Below are positions 9,833-21,639 of a stretch of DNA of 64,000 nucleotides, one piece after another. The stretch's first letter is position 1, and each line of letters starts with the position of its first letter. Made by a program: the position numbers and the translations under genes. Source of the stretch: Octopus sinensis (lineage: Eukaryota); NCBI RefSeq assembly GCF_006345805.1, contig NC_043023.1, positions 13,144,001 through 13,208,000 on the forward strand. The letters are read 5' to 3'. The notes beneath the pieces were generated by a model that saw only the letters and a program-made list of their open reading frames with translations, made no database searches and was not told the origin of the DNA.

Positions 9833-10150
9833 CTGTATCAATATCAAAATTTATTAAAATATGACAACAATTATGAATATTTTGTCTGCTAAAAGACAGG
9901 GTTTATTCCTCTTCAAGCTTGACATTATCAACTTCAGTTTCTTGGATGTCAACATGAAATTCATGAATCTCAACTTCAATATTATTTATATATCTAAATA
10001 TATCAACACAGAGATGACTTTGGTTTCTGAAGATGATTGTGCTGGATTTTTGAGGAATTTGTTTTGAGAGAATAAAGGAATGGGAATAAGGAATAAAAGT
10101 TTTGAGTGACATTGATTTTGTCTTTGTTGTGTTTTCATCATCATCCTCTA
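9833..10150 (+). repeat. Conserved 3' element of gene B with polyA signals
   Basis: AATAAA at 10071 and 10092; homologues lie downstream of all eight genes. Confidence 0.8.
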
Positions 10151-10274
10151 ACATCCATTTTTAGCATCCGTCTTCTATCCAGACTTGGATGGGAAAGTGT
10201 GACATGAGCTGGCAAGCCAGAGTGCTGCTCCACGTTCCTGTCAGATTGGGCTTGGTTACTTTGGCTCTGTGCCC

Positions 10275-11003
10275 TTAACCCTTTCAATACCAACCCAGCT
10301 GAAACCTGCTCTGGCTCTGTAGTACAAATGTCTTGTTATCATTAATTTTGAATTAAAATCTTCCACCAAACCTTAGTCACAATTTATGTTCCTAACACTA
10401 GCTTAATGATAATGAAGTTATTTTTCTAAATTCTTTGTTATATTTAAAATTAATTGAAAGAAACAGAGAGCATCTCAAAATAAATATGGTAATGAACGGG
10501 TTAAAATATATAATAGAGAAACAGTTCTTAACCCTTTTGATACAAACCTGACTGAAACCACCTCTGGCTTTGTAGTACAAATGTCTTGTTTTCATAAGTT
10601 TTGAATTAAAATCTTCCACCAAACCTTAGTCACAATTTATGTTCCTAACACTAGCTTAATGATAACGAAGTTATTTTACTAAATTCTTTGTTATATTTAA
10701 AATTATTTGAAAGAAACAGAGCATCTCAAAATAAATATGGTAATGAAAGGGTTAAAATAGATAATAGAGAAACAGTTCTTAACCCTTTTGATACAAACCT
10801 GACTGAAACCACCTCTGGCTCTTTAATATAAATGTCTTGTTTTCATAAGTTCTGAATTAAAATCTTCCACGAAACCTTAGTCACAATTTATGTTCCTAAC
10901 ACTAGCTTAATGATAACGAAGTTATTTTACTAAATTGTTTGTTATATTTAAAATTATTTGAAAGAAACACAGAGCATCTCAACAGAAATATGGTAATGAA
11001 AGG
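10275..11003. mobile_element. Three tandem copies of a piggyBac-like MITE (TTAA-CCCTTT...AAAGGG-TTAA)
   Basis: ~250-bp unit including the same ~23-bp spacer; further copies at 52046-52262 and 52283-52470. Confidence 0.75.
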
Positions 11004-11239
11004 CGTATTTTATAAATATTCCTCTTCATGTATCGTAACAGTATGAAACAAGTAGTAGCTCTTTCAGTTGTGTATTTAATTGGATGTGTGTGTGTGAACA
11101 GGTTGTCAGTCTGATAGCTAAAATAAGTATATAAATCTCGTATTTTGAGTGTATTTATGTCTGGGGCAAAAGCATGGACTCCCTTTTACAGAGAAATAAA
11201 AGAACTTTTTTTGCAGCAAAATAGCAAGATAAGACATTA

Positions 11240-11845
11240 AATGAAAAAATCATTATCATTGTGATAAAGTATGAGAAATTATTATCTTATAATGAATGAT
11301 TTCGGGCTCGATAAATAAAGTACTAGTTATGCACTGGGGTCGATGTGATCGACTTTATCTGTTTTTCTGTCCTTGTTTGTCCCTTCTGTGTTTAGCCCCT
11401 TGTGGGTAGTAAAGAAATAGGTATTTCGTCTGCCGTTACGTTCTGAGTTCAAATTCCGCCGAGGTCAACTTTGCCTTTCATCCTTTCGGGGTCGATAAAT
11501 TAAGGACCACTTACGCACTGGGGTCCATGTGATCGACTTAATCCGTTTGTCTGTCCTTGTTTGTCCTCTCGGTGTTTAGCTCCGTGTGGGTAGCAAAGAA
11601 ATAGGTACTTAATTTATCGACCCTGAATGGATGAAAGGCAAAGTCGAACTCGGCGGAATTTGAACTGAGAACGTAACGGCAGAGGAAATACGACTACACA
11701 TTTCGCCCGGTGTGCTAACATTTCTGCCAGCTTGGCGCCTTCTTCAATATAATGTATATATCAACGCAGCAATGACTTTGATTTCTGAAGATGATTGTGC
11801 TGAATTTTTGAGGAATTTGTTATGAGAGAATAAAGGAATGGGCTA
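11240..11845 (+). pseudogene. Finger-less ZNF cassette remnant (start region + SINE + 3' element fragment)
   Basis: 11240-11301 matches 8057-8123 (B start region); 11757-11845 matches the 3' element; SINE sequence lies between. Confidence 0.7.
11305..11745. mobile_element. tRNA-derived SINE family 2: tandem plus-strand units followed by an inverted head
   Basis: GTTCTGAGTTCAAATTCCGCCGAGGTC..CCTTTCATCCTTTCGGGGTCGATAAA..CCCCTTGTGGGTAGTAAAGAAATAG units. Confidence 0.8.
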
Positions 11846-11854
11846 GCACTTATA

Positions 11855-11889
11855 TATACTTATATATATATACATATATATATATATTC

Positions 11890-11920
<31 letters not shown>

Positions 11921-12090
11921 CATATATATATATATACATATATATACATACATATATACATACATATATATATACATACATGTATATATATATATATATA
12001 CATACATATATATATATATATACACACATATACATATATACACATATACATATATATATATATACACATATACATATATATATATATATA
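11855..12090. repeat. (TA)n/(TACA)n microsatellite
   Basis: Direct inspection; source of several spurious low-complexity ORFs. Confidence 0.95.
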
Positions 12091-12704
12091 TAGTGGAGGC
12101 ACAACTATGTATGTATGTCCAAATAAGTAGACATATGTTAGTATAAGAGTGCCTGCCCATGTGTTTGTATATATATATATATATACACATACATACATAT
12201 ACATATGTGTGTGTATATATCCAAATGCACACAACATGTGTGTGTGTTTTGCTATTGTGTATATATGTATATGAGTATGTGCATATATGTGTGTCAGAAT
12301 ATGTATCAGTCTATGTCGAAATATCTTTTTGTCTACTCCAAAGAACCCTTGTCAACATATAACAACCAATCCTGAAGATGTGCTGACTCCTCACTCAGCC
12401 GATTCTACAGTTATTACAACAGCCTCTGATCCTAGAAACTAACTAGATGCACACCAACAATTCCCAGACCAAACCCCATCTTTGCACTACCCCCATGGTT
12501 AATCTTTCATCACCAAAACATTATCCCTCTGAAACACCCAACCAGTCCATGTTTTCTCCAGCAGACATTGACTTATAATGTTCAAGCTAAATACTCATAT
12601 TTATCTTAAGAGTCTCACATGACAAGTGAAGGTCATTGATGGACCGACTCCTTCCTCATGAATAAAATATTAAAAGACAAAAAAAACCCACACATTATAG
12701 GCGC

Positions 12705-13095
12705 AGGAGTGGCTGTGTGGTAAGTAGTCTGTCTACCAACCACATGGTTCCGGGTTCAGTCCCACTGTGTGGCACCCTGGGCAAGTATCTTCTACTATAG
12801 CCTCGGGCTGACCAAAGCCTTGTGAGTGGATTTGGTAGACGGAAACTGAAAGAAGCCCGTCGTATATATGTATATATATATATATATGTATGTGTGTCTG
12901 TGTTTGTCCCTCTAGCATTGGTTGACAACCGATGCTGGTGTGTTTACGTCCCCGTCACTTAGCGGTTCGGCAAAAGAAACCGATAGAATAAGTACTGGGC
13001 TTACAAAAGAATAAGTTCCGGGGTCGAGTTGCTCGATTAAAGGCGGTGCTCCAGCATGGCCGCAGTCATGAAACAAATAAAAGAGTAAAAGAGTA
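12705..13095 (+). mobile_element. Composite SINE: family 1 (tRNA head, CORE-like CCTTGGGCAAGTG, GACGGAAACTGAAAGAAGCCCGTCG tail), (TA)n(TG)n, then family 3
   Basis: Same composite at 14500-14835, 17685-18050, 27990-28375, 36365-36725 (rev), 40680-41085 (rev), 44500-45020, 61490-61855 and 63000-63365. Confidence 0.8.
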
Positions 13096-13509
13096 CATTG
13101 CAACACCACCATTATCTCCCATGACCTACACCAACACCCATCACTTCCACCACCATTTTCACTATTCCACTAACACCCCCTCCAACATCCCCACCCACCC
13201 ACCACCATCTACCCAAACATCACTATACCTGCTTAGAAATAGGTTGACCACCAGCTTCAAGAATGCTTCAGAAACAATGTAGATATGTACAACCCTTAGT
13301 TTCAGCTTCTTGCCCATTATAAAGATATAACTGTTATCATACCGTGCCCTATTTTCTCCCTTCTACTTCTCTCTCCATTTGTCTTGTCCCCTAACCACCC
13401 TATATTATAGTAGCCCTATTAACGAGAGCAGAGGCTACTCACTCTCCTGGCGAAATCAGGTCAGTTGAGTCATCTGGCCCCATGTTCTGTTTTTTGGCAA
13501 GTTCTGATT

Positions 13510-14312
13510 TCTTATTCCTGGCACGTAAAAAGCACCATCTGAACGTGGCCGATGCCAGCGCTGCCTAGACTGGCTTCCGTGCCCATGGCATGTAAAAAGC
13601 ACCATCCAAATTGTGGCCGATGCCAGCGCCACCTTAAGTGGCTTCCGTGCCGGTGGCACGTAAAATGCACCAATCCAATCGTGGCCGTTGCCAGCCTCGC
13701 CTGGCACCTGTAGAAACACTGCCAGATCAGACTGGAGCCTGGTGCAGCCTTCTGGCTTCCCAGATCCCCGGTCAAACTGTCAACCCATGCTAGCATGGAG
13801 AACGGACGTTAAACGATGATGATGAGATCTATTTACCTGATCAAAACAGTTGTTTTGCAAGGTGTAACATTTTGGCTCATCGGTAAGGAACATGTCTGCA
13901 ACAGCTACAGTGAACTACAACACATCTGTGTTATTAACTATTCTTCCGCTATGATTTTGATGACTCTCGGATTGTTGGCGTTAGGAAGGGCATCCAGCTG
14001 TAGAAACTCTGCCAAATCAAGATTGGAGCCTGGTGCAGCCATCTGGTTCGCCAGCCCTCAGTCAAATTTTCCAACCCATGCTAGCATGGAAAGCGGATGT
14101 TAAATGATGATGATGATGATATATAATGTAAAAAGCACCCACTACATTCTCAGAGTGGTTGGCATTAGGAAGGGCATCCAGCTGTAGAAACTCTGCCAAA
14201 TCAAGATTGGAGCCTGGTGCAGCCATCTGGTTCGCCAGCCCTCAGTCAAATTTTGCAACCCATGCTAGCATGGAAAACGGATGTTAAACGATGATGATGA
14301 TGATGATGATGA
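13510..14312 (+). mobile_element. Three 5'-truncated RTE-LINE 3' ends with (GAT)n tails; the last two are a tandem duplication
   Basis: TGGCGTTAGGAAGGGCATCCAGCTGTAGAAAC...CCATGCTAGCATGGAAA..GTTAAACGATGATGAT matches the 3' end of the LINE at 43540-43697. Confidence 0.75.
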
Positions 14313-15080
14313 TGAAAAGAGAACAAAGGCAAAATGAATGACACTTAAAACTATTATTATTCATTATTCATATTCCTTTATTCCCATAAAATAAATTCCT
14401 GAAAAATCCAGCACAATCATCTTCGGGAATCAATGGCATGGCTGTGTTCATATATTTCCATATACACATGATAATGAGGTCCATATTCACGGATTTCAAT
14501 CCCACCACGTGGCTTCTTGGGCAAGTGTCTTCTACTATAGTCCCGGGCCGACCAATGCCTTGTGAGTGGATTTGGTAGACGGAAACTGAAAGAAGCCCGT
14601 CGTATATATATATATATATATATGTGTGTATGTGTGTGTTTGTGTTTGTCCCTCTAGCATTGCTTGACAACTGATGCTGGTATGTTTACGTCCCCGTCAC
14701 TTAGCGGTTCAGCAAAAGAGACTGATAGAATAAGTACTGGGTTTACAAAGAATAAGTCCCGGGGTCGATTTGCTCGACTAAAGGTGGTGCTCCAGCATGG
14801 CCACAGTCAAATGACTGAAACAAGTAAAGAAAGAAAGAAAGAAATTCCTTTATTCCCTCAAAATAAATTCTTGAAAAATCCAGCACAATCATCTTTGGGA
14901 ATCGACGGCATGGCTGTGTTCATATATTTCCATATACACGGATTTCATATTGACATTAATGGAACTGAAGTTGATAACATCAAGCTTGAAGATGAACAAA
15001 CCTTGTCTGTTAACACAAAATATTCATAATCGTTTTCCTGCTGTAATAAATATTGATATCGTTACACTTGTTTATGAATA

Positions 15081-15602
15081 CTGTAAATCCCCGAGTATAG
15101 TCCGCCCTCGAGTATAATAAGCAGGGGATTTTTAGGGGGCTGTACCTCCAAAAAACCTAAACCTTGTGTATAATACGCACCTCTTCTCTAACTTGAGCCG
15201 TGCGTAATTAAGCCAGTAGCACCTAGTCGGACAAACACCTCCGTGCATGCGTAATACAATAATGGTGATGTTCTTAACTGTTATATGGGAATGTAAATCT
15301 GTTTGCAAATTGTTTTTGTTACATGTTATTCTGTGTTCTGAATACTTTTATTTTAATAAATGTTGCTTATTGCAAGTTATGGATGATTCTTTTATGACTT
15401 CATTGCTTTCAGGCTTAGCTTAAGGTATTTTCGCGCCCGACATCACAAAATGCATCTGAATAAACATTCCCGGACAGCAAATAGAGACTCAGACATTGCT
15501 TAAAAAATAATTTTCATTTTTAAACTCTTATATAGTGCGCACTAGAGATTTTGACCTTGAAATTTTGGGAAAAAAATCCGGATTATACTCGAGGATTTAT
15601 GG
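15081..15602. mobile_element. Tc1/mariner-superfamily (pogo-like) MITE inserted just after gene C
   Basis: TA TSD (15079-80 and 15603-04); TIRs CTGTAAATCCCCGAGTATA / TATACTCGAGGATTTATGG; removal restores the conserved GAATACTCACA terminal-finger sequence. Confidence 0.85.
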
Positions 15603-15618
15603 TACTCACATCTGTACT

Positions 15619-16659
15619 TCAGTGGCGTTTTGGAAAGAATGACTCACCACAGATATCACACTGATATGGGTTTTCTCCAGTATGAATACGTCTGTGACTA
15701 GTCAAGTGATTATTTCTAGAGAATGAGGTTCCACAGATACTACAAAAATATGCTTTCTCTCCTGTATGTGTAAGTTTGTGTTTAAGCAAGTGAATTTTTT
15801 GAGAGAAAGATTTACAACAGATATTACAATGATATGGCTTCTCTCCTGTATGAATACGTTTGTGAATAATTAAAGCGTTATTTTCAGCAAATGATTTATC
15901 ACAGATGTCGCAATGATACGGCTTTTCTCCTGTATGTGTAGTTCTGTGTTTACTCAAGTCTCCACGTCGAGGGAATGATTTACCACAGATATCACAAGGG
16001 TATGGCTTCTCACCCGTATGAATACGTTTGTGTATTGTTAGATGACCCGATTCGGAGAATGATTTATCACAGATATCACAGTGAAATGGTTTTTCCCCGG
16101 TATGAGTACGCTTATGAATAGTCAGCTTACTAGTTTCAGAAAATGATTTACCACAGATGTCACATTTATGAGGTCTTTCCCCAGTATGAACACGTCGGTG
16201 CCTAGTCAATTGACTGTTTCTGGAGAATGATTTACCACAGATATCACAATGAAATGGTTTCTCTCCTGTATGTGTAGGTCTGTGTTTAATCAAGTCTCCA
16301 CTCTGAGAGAATGATTTACCACAGATATTGCAATGATACGGCTTCTCCCCTGTATGAGTACGTATGTGACGGGTCAATACAATACTTTGAGAGAATGATT
16401 TACCACAGACATTACAGTCATACGGTTTCACTTTCGTCTGAATGCATTTCTGTTTAGTTAAGACTCTTTCTTCAGTGAAAGGCTTCTCTTCTGTATCAGC
16501 GATTTTTGGTTCATTTAAATTACTCATTTTAAGAGAATAATTTGTCATACATGACACAAAGATGTCTTTTTCATTCCAATGAATATGGTAGCATTCAGTT
16601 GCGTCACTACTTTCAGAGAATAATTTAATATTTACGGAGATGTACTTGCATAGCAGCAC
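15619..16659 (-). CDS. C2H2 zinc-finger protein C (9 complete fingers, 10th truncated)
   Basis: 346-aa ORF; first ATG at 16548; acceptor AG at 17269-17270 (minus); the leading EERVLTK finger has lost its CxxC. Confidence 0.9.
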   Translation of the reverse strand: MLLCKYISVNIKLFSESSDATECYHIHWNEKDIFVSCMTNYSLKMSNLNEPKIADTEEKPFTEERVLTKQKCIQTKVKPYDCNVCGKSFSQSIVLTRHIRTHTGEKPYHCNICGKSFSQSGDLIKHRPTHTGEKPFHCDICGKSFSRNSQLTRHRRVHTGERPHKCDICGKSFSETSKLTIHKRTHTGEKPFHCDICDKSFSESGHLTIHKRIHTGEKPYPCDICGKSFPRRGDLSKHRTTHTGEKPYHCDICDKSFAENNALIIHKRIHTGEKPYHCNICCKSFSQKIHLLKHKLTHTGEKAYFCSICGTSFSRNNHLTSHRRIHTGENPYQCDICGESFFPKRH

Positions 16660-19004
16660 GGATTATTGTCAGTGAACAGGTCGCGGTCTTAAAGCGACGA
16701 AAATATTTTGACAAATTAAACTTAAATGTTGAAGTGAATCGAACGGCTTTTGTGTGTTTCTTAAATGTCTTACAAACACCTTCTACACAGCAATTATATA
16801 TATATGTATATATATTTATATATATACATAGCATGGAATTTTGTCAGTGAACAGGTAGTGGTCTTAAAGCGACGAAAATATTTTGACAAATTAAACTTAA
16901 ATGTTGAAGTGAATCGAACGGCTTTTGTGTGTTTCTTGAATGGCTTACAAACACCTTCCACGCTGCAATTTAATATATTTTTTTATCTCTGATTTTGTTT
17001 AATATCCAAAACAGATGAAAACTGTCAAGTCCTTTGTAAAGTTAATCAAGTTTATTTAACCTGTAATGCAATCATCTTCTCTACATTCCACACAGCGAAA
17101 ACAAGAAAATGTTGCTGTTATTTCCATTGTCCAGAAGAAATATTTTCCAATTCTTTTATCATAGATTTTTACTTATATAGAGTAGTTGATTTATTGATGA
17201 AAGAGCTTTGTAAATTCCTCGTCTTCCTTTAATTGATGATGCGGAATAAAATCATCGGATGTGATATTCTGAAATAGGAAAAGATACAATAAGAAAAGAG
17301 AGGATGAATGGTGAAATGACATAATAATTCAACATGGCAAATATTACATTAACTTTCATCCATTAAATGTCTGTGTTTGCATGGACCACAATCCATTGAA
17401 GCATTGAAATTTTTACAACATTTTATCCATGGGTGAATCGTTCTTACATTTCTCTATTTTTTTTTTCTTTTATTCGTTTCAGTCATTTGACTGCGGCCAT
17501 GCTGGAGCACCGCCTTTAGTCGAGCAAATCGACCCCAGGACTTATTCTTTTGTAAGCCTAGTACTTATTCTATCGGTCTCTTTTGCCGAACCGCTAAGTT
17601 ACGGGGACGTAAGCACACCAGCATCGGTTGTCAAGCAATGTTGGGGGGGACAAACACAGACACACACATACATATAGGCACAGGAGTGGCTGTGTGGTAA
17701 GTAGCTTGCTTACCAACCACATGGTTCCGGGTTCAGTCCCACTGCGTGGCAACTTGGGCAAGTGTCTTCTACTATAGCCTCGGGCTGACCAATGACTTGT
17801 GAGTGGATTTGGTAGACGGAAACTGAAAGAAGCCCGTCGTATATATATATATGTGTGTGTGTGTGTTTGTCCCCCTACATTGCTTGACAACCGATGCCGG
17901 TGTGCTTATGTCCCCGTCACTTAGCGGTTCGGCAAAAGAGAACGATAGAACAAGTACTGGGCTTACAAAGAATAAGTCCCAAGGTCGAGTTGCTCGATTA
18001 AAGGCGGTGCTCCAGCATGTGCTCCAGTCAAATGACTGAAACAAGTAAAAGAGTATATATACGACGGGCTTCTTTCAGTTTCCGTCTACCAAATCCACTC
18101 ACAAGGCTTTGGTCGGCCCGAGGCTATAGTAGAAGACACTTGCCCAAGGTGCCACGCAGTGGGACTGAACCCGGAACCATGTGGTAGGGAAACAAGCTAC
18201 TTACCACACAGCCACTCCTATCCCTATATATTTATATTTTCCTCATTTTTTCTTTGCTTTCAAATGTTACCCCTGTAAAGCGGCATGGCCCGATGGTTTG
18301 GCCATGAGTTTGATACCCAGTGGTACACTGTGCCCCCAAGTCACTTTATTTCACATTGACTCAGTACACTCAGCTGGCAAAAATAAGTTGCACCTGTAAT
18401 TCAAAGGGCCATCCTTGTCATATTGTGTGTCATGCTAGATGCTCCTGAGGACCATGTTAAGGGTCCACATGTCTGTAGAATGCTCAACCATTTGCATGTT
18501 CCTTCTAACACAAAGACACACACATAATTGTATGAATCATACAGATTCGATGCACCAAATTCCCTCATAAGGCTTTAGTTGGCCCAGGGCTATAGTAGAA
18601 GGCACTTTGTCGAGATGCCACATACTGGGGATGAACACAGGACCACTTGGTTTGGAAGCAAATATATGGTTCAATATCCTTTATTTATAATTTAGAGAAA
18701 TATTTGGCTGCTATTTCCAGCAGCTTGTGTGATCTATGTAAAAGCCCTTTTACTGAACAAGGCCCTCATCATTGTCAGCATTTTAACATCCACTCTTCCG
18801 AGCTTCAGGCAGATATTCTACAGCTGGATGCCCTTCCTGTTGCCAATCCTCACCTGTTTCCAAGTGAAGTGATTTTCCACCAAGCCCAAACATGTTTACA
18901 CGGAACATGGGAAAGAAAGAACATCGCCTCCATGATGATAAGGCTTTAGTTGGCCCAGGGCTATAGTAGAAGGCACTTTGTCGAGATGCCACATAGTATA
19001 TAAT

Positions 19005-19670
19005 AATAATAATATAATAATGAAATTATTGTATACAGTGCTCAGGTGCACCACAACTTGTCAGAAAGTGCATATAAAGTACATGCAGTAATGTAGAAAT
19101 GTCTGGAAAGCGAACAATGTATGAGTCAGATACATGCTTGTGTGTGTATGGAGGGGAGGAAATCAAGTGTAGTGTTGGCGAATCTCAGGAAGCATGGAAG
19201 TTTTGAAGGATGCAGTGCTCCGACAACCAACAACCGATGCCGGCAGTTTGTTCCATGCTTCAGCAACTCTAAACGTGAAAAAATGTTTCCTAAAGTCATG
19301 GAAGGAGCTGTGCTGTTTTGTGACTTTGTAAACATATCCACGGGTGTTAGACAGGTGGAGTTTTTAAATAATAATAATAATGAAATTATTGTATACAGTG
19401 CTCAGGTGCATCACAACTTGTCAAAAGTGCGTATAAAGCATATGCAGTAATGTAGAAATGTCTGGGAAATGAACAGTGTATGAGTCAGATACATGCTTGT
19501 GTGTGTATGGAGGGGAGGAAATCAAGTGTAGTGTTGGCGAATCTCAGGAAGCATGGAAGTTTTGAAGGATGCAGTGCTCCGACAACTAACAACTGATGCC
19601 GGCAGTTTGTTCCATGCTTCAGCAACTCTCAGTGTGAAAAAATGTTTCCTGAAGTCATGGGTGCTGTGGT
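19005..19670 (-). mobile_element. Two tandem 5'-truncated LINE 3' ends with (ATT)n tails
   Basis: ~360-bp and ~300-bp direct repeats; minus-strand ORF end ...LHPSKLPCFLRFANTTLDFLPSIHTQACI*. Clade not determined. Confidence 0.6.
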
Positions 19671-20179
19671 GTGGGTCAACACAGGACCACTTGGTTTGAA
19701 AGCAAATACATGTACCTAAAACTACAGATAGCTTTCTATGTCATGCTACAGGTCTTAGGATACGTACGGAAAGCGTGTATAAAATTAGTTTGTTTGTTAA
19801 TTGTTTAAATCACTTTCCATTGCTTTCGAGGTCTTTTTACACGTGTAACAATTAAATTGATTTAACAATTAAGAAAAAAAATTAGGGTTAGGGTTAGTTA
19901 CAGGATGTCTCAGTTTTAGACATAGCAAATGTTGTTTACCTAAATGGAGGTAATCGATTGGTTAAAATTGCTGAAATGCTCGGATTTTCAGACGAAATAT
20001 CTTAGAAACTATAGAATTTTCTCAATAAAGCCAAGAGAAAAAGATGTTTTATAAACACATTCTACCAGTATACGAAGTTTAAAAGTGTTTAGTTAACTAG
20101 AAATTGTGTTGAAATCTGGCTATCAAAAGGAAAAGATCCGGTATAAGTACCGGATACGTTTCGAGAAAGTGTTTATATA

Positions 20180-20231
<52 letters not shown>

Positions 20232-20294
20232 ATAAAACGGTAAGATAACAAAAGAAAGAAAGAGACCTCAATATTATGTAAATAGAGGAAATTT

Positions 20295-20496
20295 ATCTAT
20301 ACAATATGTTACATTACTCGGTAGTCAAGATAAAACTCTGAGTTTCAGATGCCGAAGTGGAAATCCACAACACCATCTCTTCGGTTATCTGGCTATTTTC
20401 AGATAACCGAACAGATGGTGTTGTGGATTTCCACTTCGGCATCTGAAACTCAGAGTTTTATCTTGACTACCGAGTAATGTAACATATTGTATAGAT
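20295..20496. repeat. Near-perfect hairpin (97-bp arms, 8-nt loop, 1 mismatch) within (TA)n
   Basis: 20295-20391 is the reverse complement of 20400-20496; loop GCTATTTT. Confidence 0.95.
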
Positions 20497-21639
20497 ATAT
20501 ATATATATAATATATATATATATATATGGGGGGTTGGGGTTAGGGGTGGGAGAAAAGGGTTTTTGTTATCTTTAGAAATGTAAACAAAGCCACTTCCGGT
20601 ACCTATACCGAAGGATCGCCTTGTGTTTTTCTGTTTTATTTACTTTGTTTAACAAAAATTATTTATTTTGGGTTTTAATTACTTTGCTAGGTAGTCGTTT
20701 TAGGATCGACTAGTCACGACTAGCTAACCGGATGCGCGCAATAGCGCATCCGGGACCACTGTTCGCTTGTAGTACCGACCACTCTTCTTAAGTAATACCG
20801 TAAATGAAGAATAAAAATTCACTAAAGAGGACCAAAAAACTATTTTAATTCTGTTGATTCGTTGCAAGACGTTGGCGGCATTCTAGTAAAAAAAGGAGAA
20901 GATCCGGAAAGGATCTCCGTCCATCAAAAGGAAAAGATCCGGAGGGGAATATATTGTGAGATGGTAACTTACTGTGAGAGAAGGGCATCGCGACCCCATG
21001 TGTTGGGAGTCGAAGCAAAGAGAGAACCAGCAGCATCAGTTGTAGGGCAGTAAGGGACCTGACTTTCCAAAAGGAAAAGGGGAACAGTCTTGGCAATTGG
21101 GATCCTTTATACGTCATTCACAATTTCCATTCAAGGCTGTTGTGATTTGCACATGCGCCGTCGCTGCCTGATTTGTCTCTTTCCGGGTTATTTTTTTATG
21201 TTTAGCCCTGAGACAGTCCAAGGGGAGACGACGGGAATGCTACGTTGTTGGGTACTACTTGACAACAGGAGCCCCGGTGCGCGCACTTGCGTAATCGCGC
21301 ATCCGCGCTTGCTAGTCGTGACGAGTCGAGCCTTACTTTATGTTTTTGTGTTTTGTTTACTTTGTTTAACAAGAATTAGTTTGTGTAAAAAATTATTGGA
21401 TGTTTTCGGTTTGACCGCCAGTTTTTAAAATAATTTCCACGTAACTAAACACTTTTAAACTTCGTATACTGGTAGGATGTGTTTATAAAACATCATTTTC
21501 TCTTGGATTTCTTGAGAAAATCCTATGGTTTGTAAGATATTTGGTCTTAATTACTTACATTATAAATTAGGGTATCTGCGAGATACCACCATGCTGAAAA
21601 TAGCAGCCATGATCCGACTCTATGGTGGTTTCTAGCGCG

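Noticed and set aside
11850-12362. YI/YM/CVY-rich ORFs here and at 27468-28658
   Set aside because: Translations of (TA)n/(CATA)n microsatellites.
12695-13112. Recurrent ORFs such as ...RRASFSFRLPNPLTRLWSARGYSRR... and MTTDAGVF...
   Set aside because: Chance frames in multicopy SINEs.
19882-19897. TTAGGG-like repeats (also 20530, 27460, 30385, 34660)
   Set aside because: Only 2-3 units, mostly embedded in a MITE family; not interstitial telomere.
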